From: an uncultured archaeon
GTDB taxonomy: Archaea; Micrarchaeota; Micrarchaeia; Micrarchaeales; CABMGC01
Length of the DNA stretch: 32,000 nucleotides
Direction: 5' to 3'
Assembly (NCBI GenBank): GCA_963704435.1
Contig: OY969902.1
Coordinates: 510,001 to 542,000 of the forward strand
The position numbers and the translations under genes are program-made. Of the stretch, positions 8,133 through 16,879 are shown piece after piece (within the stretch, counting starts at the first letter, position 1; each line of letters begins with the position of its first letter). The notes under the pieces were generated by a model that was given only the letters and a program-made list of their open reading frames with translations, searched no databases and had not been told where the DNA came from.

Positions 8133-8271
8133 AATATATATAATTATGCGATATATTTCGCTTTTCGTTTCGCTTTTCAACAAGCAGCGAAAACGAAGCT
8201 CCGGCCATAAAGATTTCCCACGTAAACAAAAGCGAAGTTAAAGCGAAGTGATGAAAAAGCCTTATATATTT
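8133..8271. promoter_or_regulatory. Divergent, mirror-symmetric promoter pair with repeated AAAGCGAA elements
   Basis: Minus side: GAAAAGCGAAA x2 (8178-8168 and 8166-8156), then 12 nt, then TTATATATATT (8143-8133), then the ATG at 8113. Plus side: AAAGCGAAGT x2 (8229-8238 and 8240-8249), then 12 nt, then TTATATATTT (8262-8271), then the ATG at 8291. A partial fifth copy, AGCGAAAA, lies at 8186-8193. Confidence 0.55.
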
Positions 8272-8290
8272 GCTCGCGGCAATTAAGCCC

Positions 8291-8983
8291 ATGCCTGATT
8301 ATGCTGTGAAGGTAAAAAACGTCTCTAAGATATTCAAGTCCGGAGAGATAGAAGTAGACGCTCTCAAGGACATATCGTTCGAGCTTGAAAAGGGAGAGTT
8401 TGCTGCGATAGTCGGCCCCTCCGGCAGCGGCAAGTCCACCCTCATGAACATGCTTGGCACCATAGACCGCCCGACCAAGGGGGAAGTGTATATCGATGGC
8501 GTCCCCACTTCGTCGATGACAGGGGACGTCCTTGCGTCTTTCAGGAACAAAAAACTGGGCTTCGTGTTCCAGGCATTCAACCTTGTGATAGGGCTCGACG
8601 CGGAAAAGAACGTGGAGCTTCCCTTGATAGTCAACCGCATCCCGGAACACGAACGGCGCGAAAGGGCTACCAAAATGCTGGACAGGCTCGGCCTGGCGCA
8701 CAGGCTGCATCTCAAACCAAACCAACTGAGCGGAGGGGAGCAGCAAAGGATAGCGGTGGCCAGGGCGCTGATAAACAATCCAACTCTGATACTTGCGGAC
8801 GAGCCAACCGGGAACTTAGACACCAAGACTAGCGAGGGGGTTATAAAACTGCTGAGAGAGGTAAGTGCCACAGGAACAGTTACGATAATAATGGTGACCC
8901 ACAATCCTGATCTTACGAAATATTGCGATAAGGTTATTTACATAAAAGACGGAAAGATTGAGAAAATGCATGTGGTTAAATGA
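8291..8983 (+). CDS. ABC transporter ATP-binding protein (MacB/LolD/FtsE-like)
   Basis: Walker A GPSGSGKST, signature LSGGEQQR, Walker B ILADEPTGNLD, H-loop VTHN. The ATG at 8291 lies about 25 nt downstream of the TATA box. The stop overlaps the next start (ATGA). Confidence 0.9.
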   Translation: MPDYAVKVKNVSKIFKSGEIEVDALKDISFELEKGEFAAIVGPSGSGKSTLMNMLGTIDRPTKGEVYIDGVPTSSMTGDVLASFRNKKLGFVFQAFNLVIGLDAEKNVELPLIVNRIPEHERRERATKMLDRLGLAHRLHLKPNQLSGGEQQRIAVARALINNPTLILADEPTGNLDTKTSEGVIKLLREVSATGTVTIIMVTHNPDLTKYCDKVIYIKDGKIEKMHVVK

Positions 8984-10275
8984 AAACGATATTTGCGGCT
9001 TCGGCAGTGCTTTTGCTTTTGATGTTTCCGGCAGTGGTGTTCGCTGGCCTCAGTGGAGAGGCCCCCATACCCGCACCTCCGAACTATACCATAACCACTT
9101 CAATGCAGAGCCTCTGCAAAGGCGTAGTCAACTACGTTCCGATAACAATCACGAACGAGAAGACCCTAGGCGGCCCGCAGATGCAGAACATAGTGTTGAG
9201 CCTGGTGAACTCCAGGACCGTCTTCGCGTATTCGAACAGCACGCTGAATGCTGGGACCATCAATTCGAGCAATTCAAAAACGTTCTATATGCCTCTCCTG
9301 GTCAGCACGAACGCATCCTCGTACACCTCGCTTGAAATCGCGATAAACTACTACTTCTACAACATGTACTCGGACAGTGAAATGACAAACATGAGCTTTT
9401 CCACGTATTCCTGCCCGACGCCGCTTTCCATAACGCTGTCCCCGAAGATAATACCGTCAGGGAGCGTAAGGAACCTGGTTCTCAACCTGACAAATACGGG
9501 GAACACCATCCTTAACCAGATCTCCCTGAGCATAGCGGTGGGAAAGAACAACCAGAACAATTCCGCCACGATAATCAACCAGCCGCCGTTCGTGCCGAAG
9601 CTGGCGCCGAAGAAGAGCGTGCAGCTGAACACCAGCGTCTATCTGACGGTCGCGCAGCTGTTCCCGATATACCTCACAGGCACTTTCTACAATGGAAGCA
9701 CCCTGAACCAGGTGTCGGACAACACCTACCTGATGTCAGGGGGCCTGATAAATCTGGCGCCGTCGGGGCTCACGATATCTCCGTCATCTCCGATGACAGG
9801 GAGCGAGTTCTCGGCGTCGTTCGAGCTGACAAACACGGGAACGACGAGCGCGACATCGACATCGGTAACGGCAATGCCGCCTAAAGGCATCGCTCCGTTC
9901 GTATCCAACTACACGTACGTCGGCACGATCTCGAGCAGCAGCCAGGACTCGGTCTCGCTCGCGTTCACCACGTCCAATACGCTATCGCCGGGCACCTATG
10001 TCATCCCGGTGAAGGTGAACTACCTGGACGGCCTGCTGAACAACGTGAGCACATGGGCGAACTTCTCGGTCACCCTGAACTCGTCCTCGAAAAGCGTGGT
10101 TTCCAGCAGCGGATCCTCATCCCACTACACGGCGACGGGCAGCTCAACAGGAACTTCCGGCGGATATGTGATTCCTGCGATATTGGTCGTGGCGGTCGCG
10201 GTACTGGCGTGGCTCGTCTTTAAAACGAGGCGGCATGCCAAGAGGATAGGGGCCATCGGCGGCGGGAAGCGGTGA
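8980..10275 (+). CDS. Secreted, C-terminally membrane-anchored surface protein with CARDB/S-layer-like beta domains
   Basis: Signal peptide MKTIFAASAVLLLLMFPAVVFAG. Repeated LxLTNTGxT blocks (NLVLNLTNTGNTIL, FELTNTGTTSAT). Many N-x-S/T sequons. S/T-rich linker, then TM segment VIPAILVVAVAVLAWLVF and a basic tail KTRRHAKR. Confidence 0.5.
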   Translation: MKTIFAASAVLLLLMFPAVVFAGLSGEAPIPAPPNYTITTSMQSLCKGVVNYVPITITNEKTLGGPQMQNIVLSLVNSRTVFAYSNSTLNAGTINSSNSKTFYMPLLVSTNASSYTSLEIAINYYFYNMYSDSEMTNMSFSTYSCPTPLSITLSPKIIPSGSVRNLVLNLTNTGNTILNQISLSIAVGKNNQNNSATIINQPPFVPKLAPKKSVQLNTSVYLTVAQLFPIYLTGTFYNGSTLNQVSDNTYLMSGGLINLAPSGLTISPSSPMTGSEFSASFELTNTGTTSATSTSVTAMPPKGIAPFVSNYTYVGTISSSSQDSVSLAFTTSNTLSPGTYVIPVKVNYLDGLLNNVSTWANFSVTLNSSSKSVVSSSGSSSHYTATGSSTGTSGGYVIPAILVVAVAVLAWLVFKTRRHAKRIGAIGGGKR

Positions 10276-10351
10276 CTTCAAAGGTGAAGTCGCATGGCGC
10301 TCAAACCCCTCGCAGGATGCGCGGGGCCCGAAGCCACTCAGAGGCACAACA

Positions 10352-11704
10352 ATGAAACTTGACGACATATTTTGGCTGAGCCACAAGGACCTTGGCGAGA
10401 AGAAGGTCAGGACCGCGCTGACCGTGCTCATGGTGGTCATAGGAGTGGCGACCATAGTGGCGCTCATATCGCTGACCACCGGCATTAGCAATAGCATACA
10501 GAGCGACCTGGCATCCCTGGGCCCAACATCAATAGTGCTTACCGCCCAGAGGTCATACGGCTTTACCGCTGCGGACGTTGCCGCGATATCGAGGCTGGCC
10601 AACGTGAGCTCGGTGACGCCCCTGCTGACCGGGACCGCGACGCTCGCGTACAACAGCACGAACTCCACGTCTGTCACCCTGATAGGGGTGGACTCGGCAA
10701 ACCTGGGCCTGCTGCTCAACAAGATAAACCTGTATTCCGGCACGAACTACACCGAGACCGAGACCCATTCGATGCTTCTGGGCTACGACTCCGCCTTCAC
10801 GTCCGCAGGCGAGCAGAAGACCTACGTGAACGCGACGCTTACGCTGAAAGTCTCGAGTGCAGGCAGTGCGGACTCGTCGAGCGCGGCGGTCATCGGAATC
10901 CTGAACCAGTATGGCACGACGCTCATACCTGTTGATGAGGCGGTATTGGTCCCGATGCCAGTCGCGGAGTCGCTCCTCCACAAGACGGAGTACAACGAGA
11001 TACTGGTCAAGGCCGTGAATTCGAGCAGTGTGAGCGGCCTGTCCACCGAGCTCGGTGACATATACGGCAGCAACGCGAGGGTCATGAACACGCAGCAGAT
11101 CGCGAAGATAACCTCATCGATAGTCGGCTCGATAACCATACTGCTCGTGCTGATAGCCGGAATCTCGCTGGTCGTGGCGGCGATAGGCATAATGAACATA
11201 ATGCTCATGGCGGTGATGGAGAGGACGCGCGAGATAGGGATCTTCAAGGCCATAGGGTTCAGGAACAGGGACGTGCTTGCGATGTTCCTGATACAGTCGC
11301 TGATAATAGGATTTGTGGGAGGGGTCGCTGGAGTGGTCGTGGGCGCGGGCGGCTCCTACTCGCTCGGGTTCATAGTGCAGCAGATGTCCGCTTCGAGCAG
11401 CGCGAGCACCACTGTTGCTACTAGCACGGCCGCGAGCGCGGCGCCCACGGTGTCTGCGCGTGTCGGAGGCGGAGGGGTGGGAGGCGCAGGCGGATTCTCA
11501 GGTGGGGCCAGCTTCGGAGGGGGCTCTGCGGTAGCCTCGGCGCGGACCAGCACCACAAGCCTCACTTCATTCACTCCCGTGCTCACCATAACGACTGTGG
11601 CCGAGGCGCTGCTGGTCGCGCTCCTGGTGAGCGCGCTCGCGGGGATATACCCCGCGTGGAGGGCCTCCAAGATGGAGCCCATAGAAGCGCTGAGGAACCT
11701 ATGA
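10352..11704 (+). CDS. ABC transporter permease, MacB/FtsX family, with a low-complexity insertion in the last extracytoplasmic loop
   Basis: N-terminal TM segment plus a large ectodomain. C-terminal FtsX-like block GIMNIMLMAVMERTREIGIFKAIGF...AGIYPAWRASKMEPIEALR. Confidence 0.8.
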   Translation: MKLDDIFWLSHKDLGEKKVRTALTVLMVVIGVATIVALISLTTGISNSIQSDLASLGPTSIVLTAQRSYGFTAADVAAISRLANVSSVTPLLTGTATLAYNSTNSTSVTLIGVDSANLGLLLNKINLYSGTNYTETETHSMLLGYDSAFTSAGEQKTYVNATLTLKVSSAGSADSSSAAVIGILNQYGTTLIPVDEAVLVPMPVAESLLHKTEYNEILVKAVNSSSVSGLSTELGDIYGSNARVMNTQQIAKITSSIVGSITILLVLIAGISLVVAAIGIMNIMLMAVMERTREIGIFKAIGFRNRDVLAMFLIQSLIIGFVGGVAGVVVGAGGSYSLGFIVQQMSASSSASTTVATSTAASAAPTVSARVGGGGVGGAGGFSGGASFGGGSAVASARTSTTSLTSFTPVLTITTVAEALLVALLVSALAGIYPAWRASKMEPIEALRNL

Positions 11705-11726
11705 TGATTCCGTTAGCCTTCAGCAA

Positions 11727-11801
11727 CGGGCATGGCGGGATTTGAACCCGCGACCGACGGCTCCGGAAGCCGTTGTGCTATCCAAGCTACACCACATGCC
11801 C
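11727..11801 (-). tRNA. tRNA-Arg (anticodon CCG)
   Basis: Minus-strand fold: GGGCATG/CATGCCC acceptor, GTGT/GCAC D stem, ACGGC/GCCGT anticodon stem with loop TTCCGGA, GCGGG-TTCAAAT-CCCGC T arm, G73. 75 nt, no intron, no encoded CCA. Confidence 0.9.
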
Positions 11802-11824
11802 ATACTGCGGATTCAAAGGTCAAT

Positions 11825-11899
11825 CGGGCACGGCGGGATTTGAACCCGCAACCGCCTGGTCCGAAGCCAGGCGCGCTGTCCAAGTTGCGCCACGTGCCC
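11825..11899 (-). tRNA. tRNA-Arg (anticodon UCG)
   Basis: Minus-strand fold: GGGCACG/CGTGCCC acceptor, GCGC/GCGC D stem, CCTGG/CCAGG anticodon stem with loop CTTCGGA, GCGGG-TTCAAAT-CCCGC T arm, G73. 75 nt. Confidence 0.9.
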
Positions 11900-11981
11900 A
11901 TAGATTAGCAATAGGATAATTGGAGACAGATGAAAAATAAGTATGTATTGGTCTGCTGGGCGCGGCAAAGGCTTACGAGAT

Positions 11982-12437
11982 CTATGCCTCTATCGGCTCT
12001 ATGGGCTCCATTCCGTTCTCGAACTCCATCTTGAGCTTGGGCAGGAGCTCGGCGTATTCCCTCCTGCTCGGCCCATCAAGCGAGTACAGGAGCACCATCG
12101 AAAAAGCGTGTTCGTCTATGTCAGAGGTCACGACTTCCTTCACGTCGTTCTCGCTTATCTCCTTCCATCCGGAGTGGAAGGCAGCGGCTATCTCCTTTAC
12201 GACCGCCTCCCTGTCGAAGTTGTCCCCTTTATGCAGATACCTGTGGATTCGCCAGGAGTGATTTGATGAGAGTGTCGCTATAAGGCGTGCTTTGTTTATG
12301 ACTCCGAGATCATCCGTTGTTATTTCCCTTTTCTTAAGAACTTTGTGGACTTGCGAAACGAAGAGGCCATATTTGTTCAATATGGTTCTGTTAGGCATAC
12401 GACCCAAACATATTTCGCGTAAAGAGTTATTAAGCAT
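11982..12437 (-). CDS. Hypothetical protein (possible N-terminal HTH); family not recognised
   Basis: 151-aa ORF with an ATG start. The N-terminal third is encoded by lower-GC DNA: hand count 25/60 in 12301-12360 versus 34/60 in 12001-12060. Next to the tRNA-Arg pair. Confidence 0.4.
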   Translation of the reverse strand: MLNNSLREICLGRMPNRTILNKYGLFVSQVHKVLKKREITTDDLGVINKARLIATLSSNHSWRIHRYLHKGDNFDREAVVKEIAAAFHSGWKEISENDVKEVVTSDIDEHAFSMVLLYSLDGPSRREYAELLPKLKMEFENGMEPIEPIEA

Positions 12438-12659
12438 TCGCTATCTGAATTTTTAGAAAAGGATATGATGAGTGCATCAAATTTTCGCGCGGAATCCTGT
12501 TTGCTTCTGCGCGAGCGAGCGAATCTTGCGTTCCGAATTCGCGTTACGCGCCTCCATTTTCCATCGGAAGTTATGCGACAACTGGAGTCGGCGACCGAGG
12601 CGGGGTTTCAAAGCCAAGGGTTATAAATTTGTGCGGGCAATACCTAATTGTGTGATGAT

Positions 12660-13073
12660 ATGATTACCGGAATCAGGATAAGTGAAGTGCATGCGGCGAG
12701 GCCGGTAGACGAGGCCATAGCCAACATGAAGTTCAACATAAACTTTGACAACGTGAAGGTGTCTGAGAACGGGGATGTCGAAGTCATGTACACGTTCACC
12801 ACGGTGTACGAGGGCGCCGAGAAGGGCTCGAAGTCCGTGGGGGAGCTGAAGATAACCGGAAGCGTCTTCGCGAAGGAGGACAAGGGCATGGCCACCCAGA
12901 TAAGCGGGTCATGGAAGGACAAGAAGACGCTGCCCATAAAGTTCGCGGAGGACGTGATAAACATCCTGAACTTCGAATGCGCTTCTAGGGGAACCCTTCT
13001 GGCGTGGTCCATAGGAATGATTGCGCCTCTGCCTATCACAAGGGCGAAGCTCCAGGAGAACGAGCCCAAGTAG
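12660..13073 (+). CDS. Hypothetical protein; family not recognised
   Basis: The first in-frame ATG is at 12660 (MITGIRISE...), about 30 nt downstream of TATA-like ttataaattt (12621-12630). Codon usage is host-like. The track start at 12648 is a TTG. Confidence 0.5.
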   Translation: MITGIRISEVHAARPVDEAIANMKFNINFDNVKVSENGDVEVMYTFTTVYEGAEKGSKSVGELKITGSVFAKEDKGMATQISGSWKDKKTLPIKFAEDVINILNFECASRGTLLAWSIGMIAPLPITRAKLQENEPK

Positions 13074-13094
13074 AGCAAGCGCACAGGAAGGACC

Positions 13095-15518
13095 ATGAAG
13101 CAAGTCGAGCTCGAGGGCGTACTGCTCGACATCGACTACATAACCGTTTCCGGGAGGAGCACGATAAGGCTCACTCTCAAATCCAAGGACGGAGCGCGAG
13201 CCCTGTTCGATACGGGATTCTCTCCGTACTTCTACCTGGTGCCGAGCAATCCCGATCTGGATGAGAGCACAGTGACCTCCCTGAAAGTGTTCTCTGACAT
13301 GAACGAAAGGATAGAGATCACTAAGGTGGAAAGGCGCACGATGCTGCTGCGGGGGAAGAAGGTCGACGCCATCGCGGTGCACACCAAGGACTCAAAGGAC
13401 GTGCCGAAGCTCAAGGAATACGTGCAGGAGTTCGGCGAATGCTACGAATATGACATACTCTTCTGGAAGCGCTACGTCATAGACAAGGGCATCTCCCCGC
13501 TCGCGGGGGTCAGGATCGTAGCCCATGAGTCCGACCTCGGCCTGGAGGCGGACAGCGTAAGCCCGCTGGAAGGCGGGATTGACGTGAAGCTGAACTGCAT
13601 CTGCTTCGACATCGAGACCTACAACGCGGCCGGCACGAGCGAACCGCAGAAGGACCCCGTACTCATGATAAGCTATACGGACGGTACCCGGTTCGGGGTG
13701 CTGACCACCAAAAAAATCGACAGGGAGTTCGTGACGTCCTTCGGCACGGAAAGGGAGATGATTGAGGGATTCGCTGACCTCATCAAGAAGTCGGATGCGG
13801 ACGTCATAGCTGGGTACAACTCGGCGAACTTCGACGTCCCATACCTACTGAAGAGGGCCAAGGCGGTCAGGGCCAGGTTCGACATATCGAGATACGGCGA
13901 GGAGGCAAGGACCGTCCACCACGGCCTTATGGAATCCGTCAAGGTGCCCGGCAGGATAAGCCTTGACCTGTACCAGGTGGCGCGCTTCGTTTCGATAGCC
14001 GGGGCCGCGGAGCAGCTGCTGCGCACCTACAACCTGAAGCTCGACGAGGTCCACACGGCGATCACGGGCAAGAGGAAGAAGACCGTTGACAAGAAGAACA
14101 TATGGAGGATGTGGGACGGCGGGGGCAGGGGTCTCGAGGAGCTTGCCGATTACAACCTCTCCGACTCCGTATCGCTCTACGAGCTCTACGAGTTCTTCAT
14201 GCCGCTGGAGGTCGAGACCGCGAAGGTGAGCGGGACTACCCTGGCCGAGGCCTCGGTCTCGACCGTGGGCCAGCTTGCGGAGTTCCTGGTCATGCGCTAC
14301 GCGAATGCGAACGGGGAGATAGTGCCGAACAAGCCTGACGAGAGGGAGATGAGGGCCAGGCTCCAGAGCACGTTCGAGGGCGCGTATGTGAAGACCCCGG
14401 ACGCCGGGATATACGATAACATAGTGGTGTTCGACTTCAGGGGGCTGTATCCCTCGATGATAATCGCGCACAACATCGATCCCGCTACGGTGTGCACCGA
14501 CTGCAAGGACTACTTCGAGGCGCCGAACGGCGTCAGGTTCGCGAGGAAGCCGCAGGGGATAATCCCGAAGGCCATGGAGATGCTCATAAGCGAGAGGCAG
14601 AGCGTGAAGAAGGCCTACAAGAAGGACCCTGACAACAAGTCGCTCAGTGCCAGATCCAACGCGCTGAAGATACTCGCGAACTCGTTCTACGGCTACCTGG
14701 GATATTCCAGGTCGCGCTGGTATTCCAGGGACTGCGCCAGCAGCGTTACCGCGCTGGGCAGGGCCTACATAACCAACACCCTCGAGGAGGCGGAGAGGCT
14801 CGGATTCAGGTCGCTGTACGCGGACACGGACTCGTGCTTCCTGCTGGTGGGAGACAAGAGCGAGGATGACATAGGAGCGTTCCTGAAGCGCATCAACGCC
14901 GCACTGCCGAAGGCGATGGAGCTCGAGTTCGAGGATTTCTACACCCGCGGGGTATTCGTGGGGAAGCGCACGGCGACCGGGGGCGCTGGCGCCAAGAAGA
15001 AATACGCGCTTCTCTCGCGGAGCGGCAGGGTCAAGATAAAGGGATTCGAGCTGGTGCGCAGGGACTGGTCCGGGGTTGCGAGGACCACGCAGAGGGCCGT
15101 GCTGGAGGCGATACTGAAGGAGGGCAGCAAGGAGAAGGCGATAGGCATAGTCAAGACAGTCATAGGCGAGCTCAAGGAGGGGAAAGTCCCGATGAGCGAG
15201 CTCGTCATACACACGCAGCTCAGGAAGAGCATCGGCTCCTACGATTCGAAGTCGCCCGAGCTGGCCGCCGTGCAGAAGGCCATAAAGTCCGGCGCCAAGA
15301 GGAGGGACGAGCTCGAGGGCGCGACCATAGGATACATCATAACCAGGCACGGCAGCAGCATATCCGAGAAGGCCGAGCTCGAGGACATCGCCCAGGACTA
15401 CGACCCCGACTACTACATCAGCCACCAGGTGATTCCGGCAACGTTAAGAATCTTGAAGGAGCTTGGTATAAACGAGGAGGAGCTGAAGGGCGGAGGGGAG
15501 CAGAAGAGGCTGCTCTGA
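13095..15518 (+). CDS. polB: Family B DNA polymerase (PolB)
   Basis: Exo I FDIETYN, Exo II YNSANFDVPYL, Exo III YNLSDSVSLYEL, motif A DFRGLYPSMIIAHN, motif B KILANSFYGYLGY, motif C YADTDS, KKKYA. All blocks are contiguous, so no intein. Confidence 0.95.
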   Translation: MKQVELEGVLLDIDYITVSGRSTIRLTLKSKDGARALFDTGFSPYFYLVPSNPDLDESTVTSLKVFSDMNERIEITKVERRTMLLRGKKVDAIAVHTKDSKDVPKLKEYVQEFGECYEYDILFWKRYVIDKGISPLAGVRIVAHESDLGLEADSVSPLEGGIDVKLNCICFDIETYNAAGTSEPQKDPVLMISYTDGTRFGVLTTKKIDREFVTSFGTEREMIEGFADLIKKSDADVIAGYNSANFDVPYLLKRAKAVRARFDISRYGEEARTVHHGLMESVKVPGRISLDLYQVARFVSIAGAAEQLLRTYNLKLDEVHTAITGKRKKTVDKKNIWRMWDGGGRGLEELADYNLSDSVSLYELYEFFMPLEVETAKVSGTTLAEASVSTVGQLAEFLVMRYANANGEIVPNKPDEREMRARLQSTFEGAYVKTPDAGIYDNIVVFDFRGLYPSMIIAHNIDPATVCTDCKDYFEAPNGVRFARKPQGIIPKAMEMLISERQSVKKAYKKDPDNKSLSARSNALKILANSFYGYLGYSRSRWYSRDCASSVTALGRAYITNTLEEAERLGFRSLYADTDSCFLLVGDKSEDDIGAFLKRINAALPKAMELEFEDFYTRGVFVGKRTATGGAGAKKKYALLSRSGRVKIKGFELVRRDWSGVARTTQRAVLEAILKEGSKEKAIGIVKTVIGELKEGKVPMSELVIHTQLRKSIGSYDSKSPELAAVQKAIKSGAKRRDELEGATIGYIITRHGSSISEKAELEDIAQDYDPDYYISHQVIPATLRILKELGINEEELKGGGEQKRLL

Positions 15519-15529
15519 AAGGGTGCGAC

Positions 15530-16879
15530 ATGGACAGGATATTCAACTCGCTGAGCAGGCTGGGCGTGGACTTCGCCAGCGTTAGACACGAAACGACCCG
15601 GGGCCTGACGATAAGCATGCTTGACGGGATACTGAAGGTCGACGTTAACGACAGCATGGACGGGTACATGCTGAAGGTCCTTTCGGGAGGAAGCTACAGC
15701 TACAGGAGCATCGTCAAGGAGCCCACGGTCGAAGACATCAGGCTCGCCAAGGCGTTCGGACCCAGAAACGGCGCGGACTCGGCGCCCGAAATCAAGCCGA
15801 TCGAAGACACGGCGAGCATCGGGATGGGGGGCAGCATAGAAAAGGACATGGAGGAGAAGATACGCGATGTCCAGGAGCTTAGGAAACGGATAATGGACCA
15901 TGCCAAAAAGATAAAAACGCTCACGGTCACCTATAGCGAAAAGATGTATCACAAAGAGTATGCCGACTCCCATGGAAGCCGCATAGTGCAGGATTTCCCT
16001 AGAAGCATCCTGAGGATTAATGCCGTGGCAAAGGAAGGCAACGACATCGCCACGGCCATCGAGAGCAATGGGACCAACAGGGGGTACATATTCGACATTG
16101 TGAATCAGGAAGAAATTCTTAGGAGGATCAAGAACAAAATCGATTCTCAGTTGCACGGCGGGGTCCCTAAGTCTGGGGAGTACGAGGTGATCTTGGGCCC
16201 TGATGCGACTGGCACCTTCTGCCACGAGGCATTCGGGCATCTGGCCGAAGGAGATCTGGCACAGGCGGGTTTTCTACTTAGGATGAAAGGCCAGAAGGTC
16301 GCCGATTCCACCGTAAGCATAGTGGATTATCCGGTAGTGCCTGACGCCCTCGCTGCGGGTTTCACCATGTACGATGATGAGGGCGTGAAGGGCAGGGCCG
16401 TAGACATACTGAAAAAGGGCGTGGTGAATGAGTTCATGACCAACCTTCACTTCGCAGGAAAATTCGGTACCGCGCCCACAGGCAATGCGAGGGCGCAAGA
16501 TTTCAACTCGCCAGACATAGTGAGGATGCGCAACACCTGCATAAAAAAAGGGGAAGTGAGCAAGGAAGAGCTGATTTCAAGCGTGAAGAAAGGCTATCTC
16601 ATACTCTCCCCTCACGGAGGCACGACTACGTCCGAAGGCACTTTCCAGTTCGGCGTAGGGGAAGGATATAGGATAGAGAATGGCGAGGTGAAGGAGGGGC
16701 TGAAGCTTGGCGTCGGGATGTCCGGGTATGCGTTGAAGACGCTGGCCCTGATCAATGGCGTCTCCAAAGAATTTGGCATGAGTTCAGGACTATGCGGGAA
16801 GTGCGGCCAGTGGGCTCCGGTATCTGACGGAGGGCCCTACATAAGGGTCAGAAAACTGAAGGTTGGTGGGCATGCGTGA
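15530..16879 (+). CDS. tldD: TldD-family metalloprotease
   Basis: HEAFGHLAEGD (HExxxH) plus TldD/PmbA C-terminal blocks. Paired with the following PmbA-like gene. Confidence 0.8.
   Translation: MDRIFNSLSRLGVDFASVRHETTRGLTISMLDGILKVDVNDSMDGYMLKVLSGGSYSYRSIVKEPTVEDIRLAKAFGPRNGADSAPEIKPIEDTASIGMGGSIEKDMEEKIRDVQELRKRIMDHAKKIKTLTVTYSEKMYHKEYADSHGSRIVQDFPRSILRINAVAKEGNDIATAIESNGTNRGYIFDIVNQEEILRRIKNKIDSQLHGGVPKSGEYEVILGPDATGTFCHEAFGHLAEGDLAQAGFLLRMKGQKVADSTVSIVDYPVVPDALAAGFTMYDDEGVKGRAVDILKKGVVNEFMTNLHFAGKFGTAPTGNARAQDFNSPDIVRMRNTCIKKGEVSKEELISSVKKGYLILSPHGGTTTSEGTFQFGVGEGYRIENGEVKEGLKLGVGMSGYALKTLALINGVSKEFGMSSGLCGKCGQWAPVSDGGPYIRVRKLKVGGHA

Noticed and set aside
12445-12472. CTGA (12445-12448) and ATGATGA (12466-12472) resembling D'/C' boxes of a C/D box sRNA
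   Set aside because: No terminal C box upstream, no CTGA D box at the right spacing downstream, and no terminal stem. Nothing comparable on the other strand.
11900-12480. Possible integrated-element remnant next to the tRNA-Arg pair, suggested by lower-GC DNA and an orphan HTH-like gene
   Set aside because: No integrase or recombinase, and no direct repeat of the tRNA 3' end found by eye. The GC drop is modest (25/60 versus 34/60 in sampled lines) and confined to the gene's 5' third and promoter-like DNA.
13845-15425. 526-aa ORF antisense to polB. Similar long antisense ORFs lie at 15413..16240, 25201..26235 and 25055..25762 (antisense or alternate-frame to mcm), 27632..28600 (antisense to rps9/rpl13), and 3455..4093 (antisense to dnaK).
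   Set aside because: They lie entirely within well-supported conserved genes on the other strand or in another frame. They have Arg/Leu/Gly/Pro/Ala-rich composition typical of stop-poor shadow frames in GC-rich DNA, and no recognisable motifs.
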